64,000 nt of DNA, from assembly GCA_002269645.1 (NCBI GenBank), contig NIVC01000714.1, positions 399,358-463,357 of the forward strand, read 5' to 3'. The position numbers and the translations under genes are program-made. Below, piece after piece: positions 61,001 to 64,000 of this stretch (the stretch's first letter is position 1; the number at the start of each line of letters is the position of its first letter). Origin of the DNA: Macrostomum lignano. Lineage: Eukaryota. The notes beneath the pieces are model-generated. The model was given only the letters and a program-made list of their open reading frames with translations. It ran no database searches and had not been told where the DNA came from.

Positions 61001-62584
61001 GGGACATGGACTCGGGACATGGGACTCGGACATGGGACTCGGGACATGGGACTCGGGACATGGGACTCGGGACATGGGACTCGGGGACATGGGATCGGGA
61101 CATGGGACTCGGGACATGGGACTCGGGACATGGGACTCGGGACATGGGACTCGGGACATGGACTCGGGACATGGGACTCGGGACATGGACTCGGACATGG
61201 GACTCGGGACATGGGACTCGGACATGGGACTCGGGACATGGGACTCGGGACATAGGACTCGGGACATGGGACTCGGGACATGGACTCGGACATGGGACTC
61301 GGAGTTCTAAAAAGTCAGCTCTCACAATGAGGAGCACTGCCGAATTTTGCAGCAGCCCCCGATACAGCCGAGACAGGCCACTGCGAGAATGACCACCCCA
61401 GCCACAATGAAGGCGGCGCCAACGGATCCGGTCAGCTGACCGATGCTGCTCAGCAACTGCTGAATCTCAATCTCCTGACCTGTGGAGACTTCAGCAAATC
61501 CGAAATCGTCTTGAGCCAGTCCTGCACAGAGTCATTCGAGCTTAAGCCAGTTCAGGCCAACGGTGAACACGAGACCAGCGCGAACAGCAGCAGGCCTACG
61601 AGCTGTGAGAGTTCGAGTTGAATTAAAGTAGATTGAATTTGGCTGAGCCAGCATAGCAACCAGAGCTCTAACAGCATAGCGACCAGCGTCACAAACAGCA
61701 TAGCAACAGAGCTCAACAGCATAGCAACCAGCCCTACAAACAGCATAGCAACCAGCCCTACAAACAGCATAGCAACCAGCCCTACAAAACGGCATAGCAA
61801 CCAGCCTAAAAACAGCATAGCAACCAGAGCTCCAACAGCATAGCAACCAGCCCTACAAACAGCATAGCAACCAGCCCTACAAAACGGCATAGCAACCAGC
61901 CCTACAAACAGCATAGCAACCAGCCCTAAAACAGCATAGAAACTAGCCCTACAGACAGCATAGCAACCAGCCCTAAAACAGCATAGCAACCAGCCTACAA
62001 AACAGCATACATTAGCAACCAGCCCTACAAAACAGCATACATGTAGCAACCAGCCCTAAAACAGCATAGCAACCAGCCCTACAAACAGCATAGCAACCAG
62101 CCCTACAAACAGCATAGCAACCAGCCCTACAGACAGCATAGCAACCAGCCCTACAGACAGCATAGCAACCAGCCCTAAAACAGATACATGTAGCAACCAG
62201 CCCTACAAACAGCATAGCAACCAGCCCTACAGACAGCATAGCAACCAGCCCTACAGACAGCATAGCAACCAGCCCTAAAAACAGCATAGAAATAGCCCTA
62301 CAGACAGCATAGCAACCACCCTAAAAACAGCATAGCAACCAGCCCTACAAAACAGCATACATGTAGCAACCAGCCCTACAAACAGCATAGCAACCAGCCC
62401 TACAAACAGCATAGCAACCAGCCCTACAAACAGCATAGCAACCAGCCTACAAACAGCATAGCAACCAGTGCCGCAGGAAATAAAAACAGCACAAAAACTT
62501 CCAGCTCACAATGGCAAAGTTGTTGACGGTCACCAGCAGGCAGGCGCAGAGGCAGCTGCAGCATTTCAGCCCAAAGTTCGACAT
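58094..62584 (-). CDS. Tetraspanin (six exons; needs about 7 single-base indel corrections)
   Basis: Exons 62584-62510, 61602-61326, 60408-60336, 59697-59490, 59372-59185, 58183-58094. Shows TM1 with N (LLVTVNNF), AFIVAG...ACLGCIGGCC, TM3 with Q, the CCG motif (LVGCCGVNNGTDF), PVTCC, a GC motif in a shifted frame, and TM4. Could be a pseudogene or a mis-polished gene. Confidence 0.85.
58270..59110. repeat. 16-bp/8-bp intronic minisatellite
   Basis: Unit CCACTGACCCTATGAA with CCACTGAC subunits. Confidence 0.92.
59735..59998. repeat. 39-bp intronic minisatellite, about 7 copies
   Basis: Unit TGTGTCATTGTGATGAGTCACCGATGCACTAATAATATT. Confidence 0.88.
60445..61302. repeat. 14-bp intronic minisatellite (two heptamers)
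   Basis: Unit GGGACTC-GGGACAT with 13-bp variants. Confidence 0.95.
61650..62468. repeat. 24-bp intronic minisatellite
   Basis: Unit CAGCATAGCAACCAGCCCTACAAA. Confidence 0.93.
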
Positions 62585-62834
62585 TTTGTTGAAGAAAAAC
62601 AATGAAAATTCCAATAGGACTCAAATAGCTACAATATTGACTGTCACGAGTTAAAAGTTAAATAAGTGCTCAGTCACTGCTGTACTCCGGTCACTATTGG
62701 CTGTGAAATTTTAGCGGACCAAAATTTTAACAACTATAGATAGCGATATGTGGCTAGTGCTATGCTATCTAGGTAATGCTTGTAAAAATAGACTTTGCAC
62801 TCATAATCTGCTTGAGTTTTCTAAGGCTCTCCGT

Positions 62835-64000
62835 CACCCTGTTCTCTTTCCCATGTATACCCTTTCTGTTCCCTTTCTCCTATTCTCTTTTCCCTGTTCT
62901 CTTTTACCTGTTCTCTTTTACCTGTTCTCTTTCCCTGTTCTCTTTCCCTGTTCTCTTTTCCTGTTCTCTTTCTCCTGTTCTCTTTTCCCTGTTCTCTTTT
63001 CCCTGTTCTCTTTCTCCTATTCTCTTTTCCCTGTTCTCTTTCTCCTGTTCTCTTTTCCCTGTCTTTTTCCTGTTCTCTTTTCCCTGTTCTCTTTTCCCTG
63101 TTCTCTTTCTCCTGTTCTCTTTTCCCTGTTCTCTTTTCCCTGTTCTCTTTCTCTATTCTCTTTTCCCTGTTCTCTTTTCCCTGTCTTTTCCTGTTCTCTT
63201 TTCCCTGTTCTCTTTCTTCCTTTCTCTTTTCCCTGTTCTCTTTTCCCTGTTCTCTTTTCCCTGTTCTCTTTTCCCTGTTCTCTTTTCCCTGTTCTCTTTT
63301 CCTTTTCTCTTTTCTCCTGCTCTTTTCCCTGTTCTCTTTCCTGTTCTTTTCTCCTATTCTCTTTCCCTGTTCTCTTTCTCCTGTTCTCTTTTCCCTGTTT
63401 CTCTTTCCCTGTTCTCTTTTCCCTGTTCTCTTTCCCTGTTCTCTTTCTCTGTTCTCTTTTCCCTGTTCTCTTTTCCCTGTTCTCTTTTCTCCTATTCTCT
63501 TTTCCTGTTCTCTTTTCCCTGTTCTCTTTCCCTGTTCTTTTTCCCTGTTCTCTTTCTCCTGTTCTTTTCCCTGTTCTCTTTTCCCTGTTCTCTTTTCCCT
63601 GTTCTCTTTTCCCCTGTTCTCTTTTCCCTGTTCTCTTTCCCTGTTCTCTTTCTCCTATTTCTCTTCCCTGTTCTCTTTCCCCTGTTCTCTTTCCCTGTTC
63701 TCTTTCTCTATTCTCTTTTCCTGTTCTCTTTCCCTGTTCTCTTTCCCCTGTTCTCTTTCCCTGTTCTCTTTCCCTGTTCTCTTTCCCTGTTCTCTTTACC
63801 TTTCTCTTTACCTTCCTTTTCCTGTTCTCTTTTCCCTGTTTCTTACTTTTCTCTTTCTCTCTTTTCCCTGTTCTCTTTCCCCTGTTCTCTTTCCCCTGTT
63901 CTCTTTCCTGTTCTCTTTCCCTGTTCTCTTTTCCCTGTTCCTTTCCCCTGTTCTCTTCCACTGATCTCTTTCCCCTGTTCTCTTTCCCCTGTTCTCTTTC
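62835..64000. repeat. Pyrimidine-rich ~15-bp minisatellite running off the window
   Basis: Unit approx. TTTCCCTGTTCTCTT. Confidence 0.93.

Overview
This is eukaryotic (metazoan) genomic DNA. GC-rich exons, introns filled with private minisatellites and the gene set suggest a free-living flatworm such as Macrostomum; that assignment is inference, not verified. Eight spliced protein-coding genes were reconstructed by hand from GT-AG junctions and reading phase: an unknown Cys-rich membrane protein (+, 5' end missing), a Gab/Dos-like PH docking protein (+), CSTPP1/C11orf49 (-), centrin (-), a goliath-type PA-TM-RING-H2 ligase (+), an IAP with BIR-BIR-UBA-like-RING (-), RBBP4/7 (+) and a tetraspanin (-). 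Mobile DNA comprises a 4.5 kb Ty3/Gypsy element with both LTRs and a 5-bp TSD, three MITEs and a CpG-depleted relic reading frame. About 34 tandem arrays account for most of the long ORFs in the supplied track, which are artefacts. Most notable observations: (1) sharply bounded CpG-free or CpG-poor domains between head-to-head gene pairs, one containing a deaminated ORF relic; (2) a minisatellite built from a duplicated splice acceptor whose upstream copies all lead to premature stops; (3) an in-frame TGA inside BIR2 of the IAP; (4) a candidate centrin-CSTPP1 operon; (5) two phase-0 orphan acceptors where a spliced-leader AUG would supply the start codon; (6) two alternative ways to complete the Gab PH helix. 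Many single-base homopolymer frameshifts, mainly beyond about 52 kb, suggest consensus errors, so pseudogene calls there are uncertain. No CRISPR, rRNA or tRNA gene is supported.
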